Positions 45,679 through 54,389 of a stretch of DNA of 64,000 nucleotides are shown in pieces (within the stretch, counting starts at the first letter, position 1; each line of letters opens with the position of its first letter). The position numbers were made by a program, and so were the translations under genes. Under the pieces are notes generated by a model, which worked only from the letters and a program-made list of their open reading frames with translations, had not been told where the DNA came from and made no database searches. Source of the stretch: an uncultured Clostridia bacterium (GTDB taxonomy: Bacteria; Bacillota; Clostridia; Christensenellales; Borkfalkiaceae); assembly GCA_947595585.1 (NCBI GenBank), contig CANQET010000008.1, forward strand, positions 23,433-87,432, written 5' to 3'.

Positions 45679-46677
45679 TTATGCGTTTTTATATTTTTCG
45701 TACGTCGCACGAAGGCCTTCCGAGACCGTATAACGCGGAACATATCCGAGCGATTTTAGTTTTTCGAAGTCCAATACGGCATAGCTCGCTTTGGAGACGC
45801 CGCGATTGTTTTCGGGGTCGAGGTCAAACACGACTTTCTTCCCCGCAAACGAGGCAATGAGACGGGCGTAATCGCCCAAATTCAGTCCTTCGAACTCCTC
45901 GGAAATGTTGTAGGCTTCGCCGTCTTTTCCCTTCAGAAGCACATAAAAGAGCCCCGCGACGGCATCGGCGACATAACAATATGAAAATGCTTGCTTGCCT
46001 TCGCTCCGCAGCACGATATCTTCGCCCGCGACCGCCTTTTCGAGGAACTGCGCGATCGCCTTGCTATCCTTCTTTTTGTCGTAACCGAAACAACGGGAGA
46101 AGCGTGCGATCACGCAATCCAAGCCGTATTGTGCCCGATAAGATTGGCAAAGGCTTTCGGAAAGACGCTTGGATTCATTGTACCCCGCACGCGAGGTATT
46201 GCAATCGATCTTCCCGCAGTAATCTTCACGCATGGGCGTGCCGTCGCCTTCGCCGTAGATCTCCACACTCGAGGCAAGCAAAAACCGCTCTGCGCCCCAT
46301 GCACGCGCGGCCTCGAGGAGATTTCGGCAACCGAAAATGTTGGTCGCGATCGTCCCGACGGGATCCGCGCTATACTGCTTCGGATGGGTATTGGAGGCAA
46401 GGTGGATGACAAAATCCGCACGCCGCTCCATGTTGAGCGGCTGTGTTACATCATGCGCGAGGTATTCGACCCCCTCTTCGCTTTCATGGGCGGTGCGCGA
46501 CAGGCTAATGACGGAAATATTATCTCCGAGAAGGTTCCTCTGCCGCAAAACAGAGATGAATAGGCTTCCGATCAGCCCCGTTCCGCCGCTGACAAGCACG
46601 GTTTTCTCTTTCAGCTTTCCCCAAGGAAGATCGAGCGCGGCGATCGCCGCCGCTTCTGCTTCATACATCTCTTTCAT
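45679..46677 (-). CDS. NAD-dependent epimerase/dehydratase-family (extended SDR) enzyme
   Basis: VSGGTGLIGS Rossmann motif and YxxxK (YNESK). Confidence 0.8.
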   Translation of the reverse strand: MKEMYEAEAAAIAALDLPWGKLKEKTVLVSGGTGLIGSLFISVLRQRNLLGDNISVISLSRTAHESEEGVEYLAHDVTQPLNMERRADFVIHLASNTHPKQYSADPVGTIATNIFGCRNLLEAARAWGAERFLLASSVEIYGEGDGTPMREDYCGKIDCNTSRAGYNESKRLSESLCQSYRAQYGLDCVIARFSRCFGYDKKKDSKAIAQFLEKAVAGEDIVLRSEGKQAFSYCYVADAVAGLFYVLLKGKDGEAYNISEEFEGLNLGDYARLIASFAGKKVVFDLDPENNRGVSKASYAVLDFEKLKSLGYVPRYTVSEGLRATYEKYKNA

Positions 46678-46733
46678 TTCAACAAATTCTCCTTTGGATA
46701 TGAATTTACAAGGAGCAGTATTTTACAGAAATA

Positions 46734-47429
46734 TTATCCGCGAACGGCAAGCAGGGCGCGAAAAATCTCAAGATCTTCCGACGTTGTTATTTTAATATTT
46801 TTCTCGGAGCCGAGTGAATAATATACAATACCCCCAAGCTCTATCAACAAAGTGCATGTTGCAATAGAAGAAGTGATCCCCATTTTCAGCGCCTTTTCGT
46901 GAGCATCAAGAAGGGTCTTAATGGAAGTTGTATGCGGCGTTTGTGTCCGTCTTGCCTCACTCCGCGGCACTTGTTCACACGATTCAATACCGTCATGTGT
47001 GATCAAAATTGCCTCTGTGCAAGGGATCGCCGCTACAGCGTTTCCACACTTTTGAGCAACACGTATACTATCCGAAATAATATCATGGGAAACCAATGGA
47101 CGATTACCGTCATGCACAAGAATCAGGTCTTGCGGGTCGTGGCGGGAAGCGATGTCTCTTACGCCATTATATATGGACTCCTGACCCGTTTTTCCGCCAA
47201 CGACGATGTTTTCCAGTTTGGTAATGTGATATTGACGACAATACGCCGACAAAATGCATTCCCAGCCTTCCAAGCAAGCAATAACAATTCCATCAATGTT
47301 AGGGTGTGTTTGAAACGCCTCTAAAGCATACATGATGACGGGTTTATCGTTAATGTTGAGAAATTGCTTGGGGATCTCATTATGCATTCGTTGTCCTGTT
47401 CCCCCCGCTGTTAGCAATGCAATATTCAT
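46734..47429 (-). CDS. IspD/TarI-family cytidylyltransferase
   Basis: LLTAGGTGQRM...PKQF motif. Confidence 0.8.
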   Translation of the reverse strand: MNIALLTAGGTGQRMHNEIPKQFLNINDKPVIMYALEAFQTHPNIDGIVIACLEGWECILSAYCRQYHITKLENIVVGGKTGQESIYNGVRDIASRHDPQDLILVHDGNRPLVSHDIISDSIRVAQKCGNAVAAIPCTEAILITHDGIESCEQVPRSEARRTQTPHTTSIKTLLDAHEKALKMGITSSIATCTLLIELGGIVYYSLGSEKNIKITTSEDLEIFRALLAVRG

Positions 47430-47442
47430 CTTTTACTCCTTT

Positions 47443-48270
47443 TTACTCTCTTTCGTTTTTCACCGGAACATATTGCGTCTTGAGATGATGAGTTTGTCTC
47501 TTGCGCAAAGGCGGTAACTTCATATAATCGCCATAGCGGATAGTTAGAAATTTATCGTAATCCGCAAACACAAGGAATTTGTGTCCCTCAAAATCCAAAT
47601 CAATGAGATTATCATAATAGGTCTTGGGAACATCGTCTATTGTTTGTCCCCATGAACAGTTATCTGACATCTCACACTCATCAAAGGGATATTTCAGCAG
47701 GATCTTACGGAGCCTTGCAATCGCACGGCGCTTTCCGTAGCAGATCCAGATGAGATAGAACCAGAACAGGAACGGACGGAGCACATATCCCCACCAGCGG
47801 TCGGCGAAGATATACCAGAGGTTCATGGAGACGATAAAGTTGCAAAAGAGTTCCTTGTGATAGAGCTTCTTCCGCTCTTTGGGGGTGCAATCGGGCACGC
47901 CGTCCGCGGGGAAGATATCCAAAAAGAGGTACGCAACTTCCACATGCGAGGTGCTCTTGATGCGGAAACGGTCGTCCAAGAGCTTCATGAAGGGATAGAA
48001 GGCCTTCTTGCCGCGGTCTTCCGAGACGAGAAAATGTTCGCTGAGCGCACCCTCGCGGTGCACGATCTCGTAGAACTTTTCATAATCGGGGCGGGGCATG
48101 ATGACGTCCGCATCGTCGTCCCACGGGATGAAGCCCTTATGGCGTACGGCGCCGAGCAAAGTCCCGTAGGCGAGCGAATAGCGCAGTCCGTTTTCCCTGC
48201 AGATGCGGTCGAACTCCACAAGGAGACCGAGCAGGGCATCGTGGATCCCGTCGATGGTAAGATATTGCAT
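47443..48270 (-). CDS. LicD-family phosphotransferase
   Basis: LAYGTLLGAVRHKGFIPWDDDADV motif (DxD). Confidence 0.8.
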   Translation of the reverse strand: MQYLTIDGIHDALLGLLVEFDRICRENGLRYSLAYGTLLGAVRHKGFIPWDDDADVIMPRPDYEKFYEIVHREGALSEHFLVSEDRGKKAFYPFMKLLDDRFRIKSTSHVEVAYLFLDIFPADGVPDCTPKERKKLYHKELFCNFIVSMNLWYIFADRWWGYVLRPFLFWFYLIWICYGKRRAIARLRKILLKYPFDECEMSDNCSWGQTIDDVPKTYYDNLIDLDFEGHKFLVFADYDKFLTIRYGDYMKLPPLRKRQTHHLKTQYVPVKNERE

Positions 48271-48284
48271 GGCTCTCTCCGGTA

Positions 48285-48317
48285 AAAGCGATATCGGCGT
48301 GACAATCGCACGCCGAT
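48285..48317 (-). terminator. Terminator after ftsZ
   Basis: ATCGGCGTG/CACGCCGAT 9-bp stem. Confidence 0.5.
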
Positions 48318-48326
48318 AAAATGAAC

Positions 48327-49829
48327 TTATTGCTTCTTTTTACGGCGCATCACGCGGACAAAGAGCGGCTCGTCGTCGCTGCCTTCGTCGCCATACCCCT
48401 CATCGGGCGCGGGCGCAGGTGCGGCGGGATCCCGCACGGGCGGCTGTTGGGCACGCGGATCGGGATAGACGGGCGCAGCGGGCTGCTGAGGTTGCATGGG
48501 CTGTTGCGGCGCCTGCGGTGCAGGCTGAGCGTAGCGCGGATCGTGATACATCGGCGCTGCGGGCTGCTGGGGCTGCATGGGCTGCTGCGGATGAGGCATG
48601 CCGTAAAGCGGAGCCTGCGGAGCCTGCGGTGCGGGCGCGGTGTAAGGCGTCTGCGGATAGGCCGCATACGGGCTTGCGGGATAGGGCGCCTGCTCGCGGG
48701 GATAGCCTGCCGCGGGGAAAATCTGTTCGTTTTTGACGGGTTTTGCCTCTTTCTCGGGCACTTCGGGCTGTGTTGCGTCGTCGAAGCCCGTCGCGATCAC
48801 GGTGATCTCGATCTCCTCGCGGATACGGGGGTCGATGCACACGCCGTGGATGATCGTAGCGTTGTAATCGACGACTTTATAGAGCGAATCCATGGCATCG
48901 TTGATCTCGGCGAGCGAGAGGTCGTTACCGCCGACGATGTTGACGATGATCCCGTGTGCGCCCTGAATGGTCGTATCGAGGAGCGGACTGTGCACGGCAA
49001 AGCGGAGCGCTTCGCGGATGCGGTCCTTCCCCTTTGCGACGCCGACGCCCATGTGTGCGAGGCCCTTCCCGCGCAAAATGGTGCAGACGTCGGCAAAGTC
49101 GCAGTTGATGAGACCGGGTGTCACGATGAGATCGGCGATCCCGCGGATGCCCTGCCGAAGCACGCTGTCGGCGATGGCAAACGCCTCTTTCGCAGGCATA
49201 TCGCGGTCGACGACCGTGAGGATCTTCTGATTGGGAATGACGATGAGCGTATCGACATAGCGGCGCAGGTTCGCGATCCCCTTGAGGGCACAATCCATCT
49301 TCTTCCTGCCCTCAAAGGCAAAGGGCTCGGTGACGATGGCGACCGTGAGGATATTCTTATCCTTCGCGAGCTTTGCGATGACAGGCGCGGCGCCCGTGCC
49401 CGTCCCCCCGCCCATACCGGCGGCGATGAAGAGCAGGTCGGTCCCCTCGATGGCACGCATGAGCGCATCCTTGCTCTCTTCGGCGGCTTCGCGACCCACT
49501 TCGGGATCTGCGCCCGCGCCGAGGCCCTTGGTCCGTTTGATACCGATCTGGATCTTTTTGGGCGCAAGATTGCGATACAGGATCTGGGCATCGGTATTCA
49601 CCGCGATATATTCCGCGGTGCCGATGTGCGCTTCGATCATGCTGTTGACGGCATTGTTGCCCGCGCCGCCCACGCCGATGACGCGGATCTTTGGGATGCC
49701 CGCGGTCACCGATCTATCGGTCTCGGCTTCCGCCGCTTCGGGCTGTGCGGTCTCCTCTCCGCCCTCGGTAAAGTGATCGTGTTTGAAGTAGTCGCCGGAA
49801 TAGCGGCTTTCGTTTTCGTCGTTATACAT
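48327..49829 (-). CDS. ftsZ: Cell division protein FtsZ
   Basis: GVGGAGNNAV and GGGTGTGAAPV tubulin signature; long Pro/Gln-rich linker; C-terminal DDEPLFVRVMRRKKKQ. Confidence 0.95.
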   Translation of the reverse strand: MYNDENESRYSGDYFKHDHFTEGGEETAQPEAAEAETDRSVTAGIPKIRVIGVGGAGNNAVNSMIEAHIGTAEYIAVNTDAQILYRNLAPKKIQIGIKRTKGLGAGADPEVGREAAEESKDALMRAIEGTDLLFIAAGMGGGTGTGAAPVIAKLAKDKNILTVAIVTEPFAFEGRKKMDCALKGIANLRRYVDTLIVIPNQKILTVVDRDMPAKEAFAIADSVLRQGIRGIADLIVTPGLINCDFADVCTILRGKGLAHMGVGVAKGKDRIREALRFAVHSPLLDTTIQGAHGIIVNIVGGNDLSLAEINDAMDSLYKVVDYNATIIHGVCIDPRIREEIEITVIATGFDDATQPEVPEKEAKPVKNEQIFPAAGYPREQAPYPASPYAAYPQTPYTAPAPQAPQAPLYGMPHPQQPMQPQQPAAPMYHDPRYAQPAPQAPQQPMQPQQPAAPVYPDPRAQQPPVRDPAAPAPAPDEGYGDEGSDDEPLFVRVMRRKKKQ

Positions 49830-49856
49830 AAAATCCTCCGATCGATTGAAGATGTG

Positions 49857-50999
49857 TCAGTTGAAGATATGGCGGAAGAATCCGTCTTTTTCCCGATCCT
49901 CGCAGGCCATGTCGACGAGCGAGATCCGCGAACTCATCGCGGGCTTATTGTAGTAAGGAAGATTGGGCGCAACGATCTCGCAGGTGCGGTTGAGCCGCCT
50001 TGCGATGTGCTCGGTCGCGCCGCGGATCTGGGGAACGCCTTCCCCCGTGATGTAGAGCGGCTTGCAATCGAGCTCCTTGCCCGAATCGTATTCGAGGAAG
50101 GTCCCGATGCTCTCGCAGAGGTCGTCGAGCCCGCTGCGGATGGCCTCGTTGAGGTCCTTCGTCGCGATCTCGTAGGCCGTCCCGCGGTAGAGGTATTCCC
50201 GCGTATCGCTGCCCTCTTTGGCATAGAGGTTTGCCCTTGAAAGCAAGCTCTTTGCGAGACCGAACGGGACCCCGAAGGCATCGGAGAGAGAAAGAGCGAT
50301 CTGTGCCGTACCCGTCCAATAGCTCTCCTGATCCATGATCCCGCCCCCGAGGACGACGCCGATGGTCGACGTCAAGAAATCGGAATCGAGCAGGATCGCA
50401 TGCTCGTCGCGTGTTTCGCTCGGGATGAGATAGGTCGCCATCGCGAGCTGTGTGGGAAGATAGCAGACATCGAGCTTATACTTCGCGAGGACGGGTTCGA
50501 GCATGGCCGCGAACGCCTCTTTGCAGTAGTTGTAGGAAAGCTGGGCATCAAGCGAGGTCGTCGCAAGGCCGAGAGGATCCACCGTTCTGCGCTTATCGGC
50601 CGTAATGTAGATCATGCTCGAAGCACGGACGAAGCGATACCCTTCGACGGCGTTCTGCCCGCGCTTGAAGAGTTCGTCGATCTCCCGTTCGGAGATCTTG
50701 CGCCGCTTCGGAAAACTTGTCCTCTGCCCCACGGGCAGGGCAAGCGCATAATATCCCGGCACCCCGATATAGAGCTTCTTGATGCGTTCGTTCGTCATCC
50801 GTTGGACGGAATCGATACACCGATCGATCGCTTCCCCGAATTTTGCGGCGTCGAAAAGTACGCCGCCGTCGTCGAACCCGTCGTAAGACTCGGTGTGGCT
50901 TGCGTTGAATACGATCGTGTGGTTGACCCCTCTCTCGCCGACGATCACGGAGACCTCGGAAGAACGGACGTCGAGCACCGTTACGCTTTTGCGTCCCAT
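49857..50999 (-). CDS. ftsA: Cell division protein FtsA-like (actin-fold ATPase)
   Basis: actin-like fold pattern, position directly upstream of ftsZ; start ATG 50999 (GAGGA 6 nt upstream). Confidence 0.75.
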   Translation of the reverse strand: MGRKSVTVLDVRSSEVSVIVGERGVNHTIVFNASHTESYDGFDDGGVLFDAAKFGEAIDRCIDSVQRMTNERIKKLYIGVPGYYALALPVGQRTSFPKRRKISEREIDELFKRGQNAVEGYRFVRASSMIYITADKRRTVDPLGLATTSLDAQLSYNYCKEAFAAMLEPVLAKYKLDVCYLPTQLAMATYLIPSETRDEHAILLDSDFLTSTIGVVLGGGIMDQESYWTGTAQIALSLSDAFGVPFGLAKSLLSRANLYAKEGSDTREYLYRGTAYEIATKDLNEAIRSGLDDLCESIGTFLEYDSGKELDCKPLYITGEGVPQIRGATEHIARRLNRTCEIVAPNLPYYNKPAMSSRISLVDMACEDREKDGFFRHIFN

Positions 51000-51041
51000 T
51001 GGCATTCCTCTTTTGCCGCGCATTGCGCGTATGTGTACCTC

Positions 51042-51071
51042 ATTATAGCAAAAACGCATCACGGCTGTCAA
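51042..51071 (-). promoter_or_regulatory. ftsA-ftsZ promoter
   Basis: minus strand TTGACA-N18-TGcTATAAT. Confidence 0.6.
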
Positions 51072-51102
51072 GGAAATGAAATAAATTTTTGTAGGAGAAA
51101 CG

Positions 51103-51130
51103 AAAAAAAGCACCCCGTGGGGTGCTTTTT
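51103..51130 (-). terminator. Terminator after the ftsQ-like gene
   Basis: GCACCCC/GGGGTGC stem flanked by A/T runs. Confidence 0.6.
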
Positions 51131-51141
51131 CCCAAAAAGAC

Positions 51142-51927
51142 TCAGCTCAGACTGCTTTCCCGGGAATAATCGGGCGGAAGGATCTCTCCCGTCTCGGGGC
51201 TATCCACGACGGTGATGAATCCGAAGATGCGGTCTTCATCGGAAAGGGCAAGATACCGCTCGAGGGCAAGCGCCGTCTTTTCGGCGGGGCGGTCGGCGGG
51301 ATTGAGGATATCGAGGATGACCCCCTCCCGCATCCCGATGCGGAAATAATCGTAGCGCGGGTTGGCCGTATTTTGCACGAGACGGATATAGACGACGTTG
51401 GCACGGAAGGCCCCGAGCGCCGCCTTCATCGCCCCCGAGACGGCGAGGACTTCGGGGAAATATTCGCCCGCAATGCCGCCCTCGGTCGTGAAGGAAAAGT
51501 CTTCGAGCAGGATGTTTTCCCCCGCCACGCGGTTGACGTTTTCGGGCTTATCGTAGAGGTAGTTCCCCTCGTCGTCGACGATCGCGTAGCCGCCGTTTTC
51601 GCGGGCGAAAGCATACATCTCGTTGCGCTCGGAGACGGTGAGGCAGACGGTCGTCGGATATTTTTTCTCGATGGAATCGAGGCGGAAGCCGGGATATTCC
51701 TCGACGACTTCACGGATGTCGTCGAGATCGAGGAATGCCGAGCTCTTCCCGAGGAAGGCATCGAGCTTTTCACGCAGCGCATGGGCCTCTTCCATCCCCT
51801 CTTCGGAGACGGCGTTGAAGTCGGCACGGACGTGCGTCACCGTAAAGATCGCGTTGAGCCCCGCCACGATCGCGGCAAAGAGCAACAGGATCGCGGCAAC
51901 GGTGGAAATCAGCACTCTCGTTTTCAT
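51142..51927 (-). CDS. FtsQ/DivIB-like cell division protein
   Basis: N-terminal TM anchor plus extracytoplasmic domain; dcw position between murA and ftsA. Confidence 0.6.
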   Translation of the reverse strand: MKTRVLISTVAAILLLFAAIVAGLNAIFTVTHVRADFNAVSEEGMEEAHALREKLDAFLGKSSAFLDLDDIREVVEEYPGFRLDSIEKKYPTTVCLTVSERNEMYAFARENGGYAIVDDEGNYLYDKPENVNRVAGENILLEDFSFTTEGGIAGEYFPEVLAVSGAMKAALGAFRANVVYIRLVQNTANPRYDYFRIGMREGVILDILNPADRPAEKTALALERYLALSDEDRIFGFITVVDSPETGEILPPDYSRESSLS

Positions 51928-51948
51928 GGGTATCTCCTTTGGGGCCGA

Positions 51949-53205
51949 TCACATGCGCACGCGCCGGATCTTCGCCCCGAGCTTTTGCAGTTTTTCTTCC
52001 AGACGGGCATAGCCCCTGTCGACGTGGGAAAGGTCGAGCACTTCGCTCGTCCCCTCCGCGCCGAGCGCCGCGAGCACGAGCGCCGCGCCGCCGCGAAGAT
52101 CTCCGCAAGTCACGCGCGCCCCGTGCAGGCGCTTCACGCCGCGCACGAAGGCGGTCCTCCCCTTCACTTCGATATCCGCCCCCATCTTCATGAGCTCGGG
52201 GACGTATTTATATCTCGTCTCGAAGAGGTTTTCGACGATGAGCGCCCCGCCCTCGCAGGTGGAGTTGAGCGCGACCGCCTGTGCCTGCAGGTCGGTGGGG
52301 AAGCCCGGGAAGGGCAGCGTCTCGATCCTGCGGTTGGCTTTCAGGCGCCCCTCACTGACAATTCTTATTTTATCATTTTTTGTATGGATTTTGCAACCGT
52401 TTTCGCGCAATTTATGTAAAAGTAATCCGATCATCTCCGCGCGGACGCCCGAAACCTCGAGTTCGCCGCCGCAAATGGCGCATCCGATGAGGAAACTCCC
52501 CGCTTCGATGCGGTCGCGGATGGGCGTATATTCGGTGCCGTGCAACGCCTTTACCCCCGCGATCTCGATGACATCCGTCCCTGCGCCGCGGACGTCGGCG
52601 CCCATGGCGTTGAGGAAGTTCTGCAGATCGACGATCTCGGGTTCCTTCGCCGCCCCCTCGATCACCGTCTTCCCGTTTGCCGTGACCGCCGCGAGCAGGA
52701 TGTTTTCGGTCGCGCCGACGCTCGGAAAGTCGAGCACGAGTTCGGCGCCGCGCAGCTTTTCGCAGGTGCAGAAGATCATGCCGTCCCGCTCGACGATCTC
52801 CACGCCCAACCGTTTTAAGGCATTGAGGTGCAGATCGATGGGACGAAGCCCGATATCGCATCCCCCGGGATAGGCGCAGACCGCCCTGCCGAAGCGGGAT
52901 AGGAGCGCGCCGAGCATAAAGACCGAGGAGCGAAGTTCCTTCGTGAGCGAAGAAGAGATGCGGTGATTGCTCGCATGTGCGCTCTCGATGGAGATATCCT
53001 CGCCCGCAAACCGCACTTCCGCCCCGAGTTCGCATAAGATCTGCCCCATGCAGGCGACGTCGGTGATACGCGGTACGTTTTTGAGGGTGACGCGCTCTTC
53101 CGTAAGGATCGAGGCGGCGAGAAGCGGCAAGACGGAATTCTTCGCCGACTGCACGGCGACGCTTCCATAGAGCCGCTCCCCTCCCTCGATGATGAATTTG
53201 TCCAT
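51949..53205 (-). CDS. murA: UDP-N-acetylglucosamine 1-carboxyvinyltransferase
   Basis: KNSVLPLLAASIL N-terminus, catalytic Cys region (YPGGCDIGLRPIDLH). Confidence 0.95.
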   Translation of the reverse strand: MDKFIIEGGERLYGSVAVQSAKNSVLPLLAASILTEERVTLKNVPRITDVACMGQILCELGAEVRFAGEDISIESAHASNHRISSSLTKELRSSVFMLGALLSRFGRAVCAYPGGCDIGLRPIDLHLNALKRLGVEIVERDGMIFCTCEKLRGAELVLDFPSVGATENILLAAVTANGKTVIEGAAKEPEIVDLQNFLNAMGADVRGAGTDVIEIAGVKALHGTEYTPIRDRIEAGSFLIGCAICGGELEVSGVRAEMIGLLLHKLRENGCKIHTKNDKIRIVSEGRLKANRRIETLPFPGFPTDLQAQAVALNSTCEGGALIVENLFETRYKYVPELMKMGADIEVKGRTAFVRGVKRLHGARVTCGDLRGGAALVLAALGAEGTSEVLDLSHVDRGYARLEEKLQKLGAKIRRVRM

Positions 53206-53224
53206 ATGTAACTCCTCTCGTATT

Positions 53225-53262
53225 TCAAAAATGCGCAGAGCGCTCCGCGGGAGACTCTGCGC
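53225..53262 (-). terminator. Hairpin/terminator between ftsW and murA
   Basis: GCGCAGAG/CTCTGCGC stem then ATTTTTG on the minus strand. Confidence 0.5.
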
Positions 53263-54389
53263 TATTTGTATATCTTATGTTTTTTGTGCCCGCCCGTGTG
53301 CCTTGAGACGCCCAAGACGAGCCCCATGCCCGCCATCGTGACGATGAGCGAAGTATTGCCCGCCGAGATGAGCGGGAGCGGCAGGCCCGTCGGCGGGATA
53401 CATCCCGAGACGACGAGCGCATTGAGCGCACTCTGCACGGCAAATGCGAGCGTGATGCCCGCGGAGAGCATGTAGCCGAAGAGGTCTTCGCAGCGGTTGG
53501 CGATGCGCATGCCCCGCCAGACGACGACGCCGATCGCACAAAACAGCACGAGGACGCCGAAAAAGCCCGTCTCCTCCGCGATGACGGCGAGGATGAAGTC
53601 GCTCTCCGCAAAGGGCAGAAAGCGGAACTTCTGCCGCGAATGAAAGAGCCCCGTCCCGAAGAATCCCCCGTTTGCGAGGGCGTAGAGGGATTGGATGAGC
53701 TGGTACCCCTCCTCTTGCGGCGAAGCCCACGGATCGACGAATGCCGAGAGCCGCTGCAGTCGGTAGGGCTCCATCGCGATGAGGACGGGCACGAGAAGCA
53801 GGGCGGGCACGAGGAGAAGGGCGAGCGTCCGCTTCTTGATGCCGCCGAGGAAGAGCATCCCCACCATGATCGCCCCCACGCACATCGTGACCGACATATT
53901 GGGCTCGAGCATGATGAGCACGCACATCGCGATCCCCGCCCCGAGTACGGGCAAGATGCCCCGAAAGGTGCGAAGCCGCGCGGGGTCCTTCGCGAAATAT
54001 CCCGCCGTGAAGAGCACAAAGCCGAGTTTTGCGATCTCCGAGGGCTGGACGGTAAACCCGCCGAAGCCGATCCAGCGCGTTGCGCCGTAGTTGCTCTTCC
54101 CGAGCCCCGGGACGAAGACGAGCGCGAGCAGGACGAGGGAAAGGATGAGGGCGGGAAGGCCGAGATTTCGGAGTTTCCTGTAGTCGAGAAAGGAGAGCCC
54201 GAGCATCGCCGCCAGCCCGAGCACGAAGCCCAAAAGCTGTTTCTTGAAGTAGAAGGCGCTGTCGCCGTACTGCACCTCGGCATTGTAATAGCTTGCGGAG
54301 TAGACCGCGACGACGCCGTATGCGGCGAGCAAGACGACGGCGATGAGGAAGACGAGGTCCCCCCTTTCGTGCGCTTTACTCGCTTTCAA
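53262..54389 (-). CDS. ftsW: SEDS-family peptidoglycan polymerase FtsW/SpoVE
   Basis: 10-TM FtsW/RodA pattern; proposed TTG start 54389 5 nt after GGAGGAG; the longer track ORF overlaps murD. Confidence 0.8.
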   Translation of the reverse strand: MKASKAHERGDLVFLIAVVLLAAYGVVAVYSASYYNAEVQYGDSAFYFKKQLLGFVLGLAAMLGLSFLDYRKLRNLGLPALILSLVLLALVFVPGLGKSNYGATRWIGFGGFTVQPSEIAKLGFVLFTAGYFAKDPARLRTFRGILPVLGAGIAMCVLIMLEPNMSVTMCVGAIMVGMLFLGGIKKRTLALLLVPALLLVPVLIAMEPYRLQRLSAFVDPWASPQEEGYQLIQSLYALANGGFFGTGLFHSRQKFRFLPFAESDFILAVIAEETGFFGVLVLFCAIGVVVWRGMRIANRCEDLFGYMLSAGITLAFAVQSALNALVVSGCIPPTGLPLPLISAGNTSLIVTMAGMGLVLGVSRHTGGHKKHKIYK

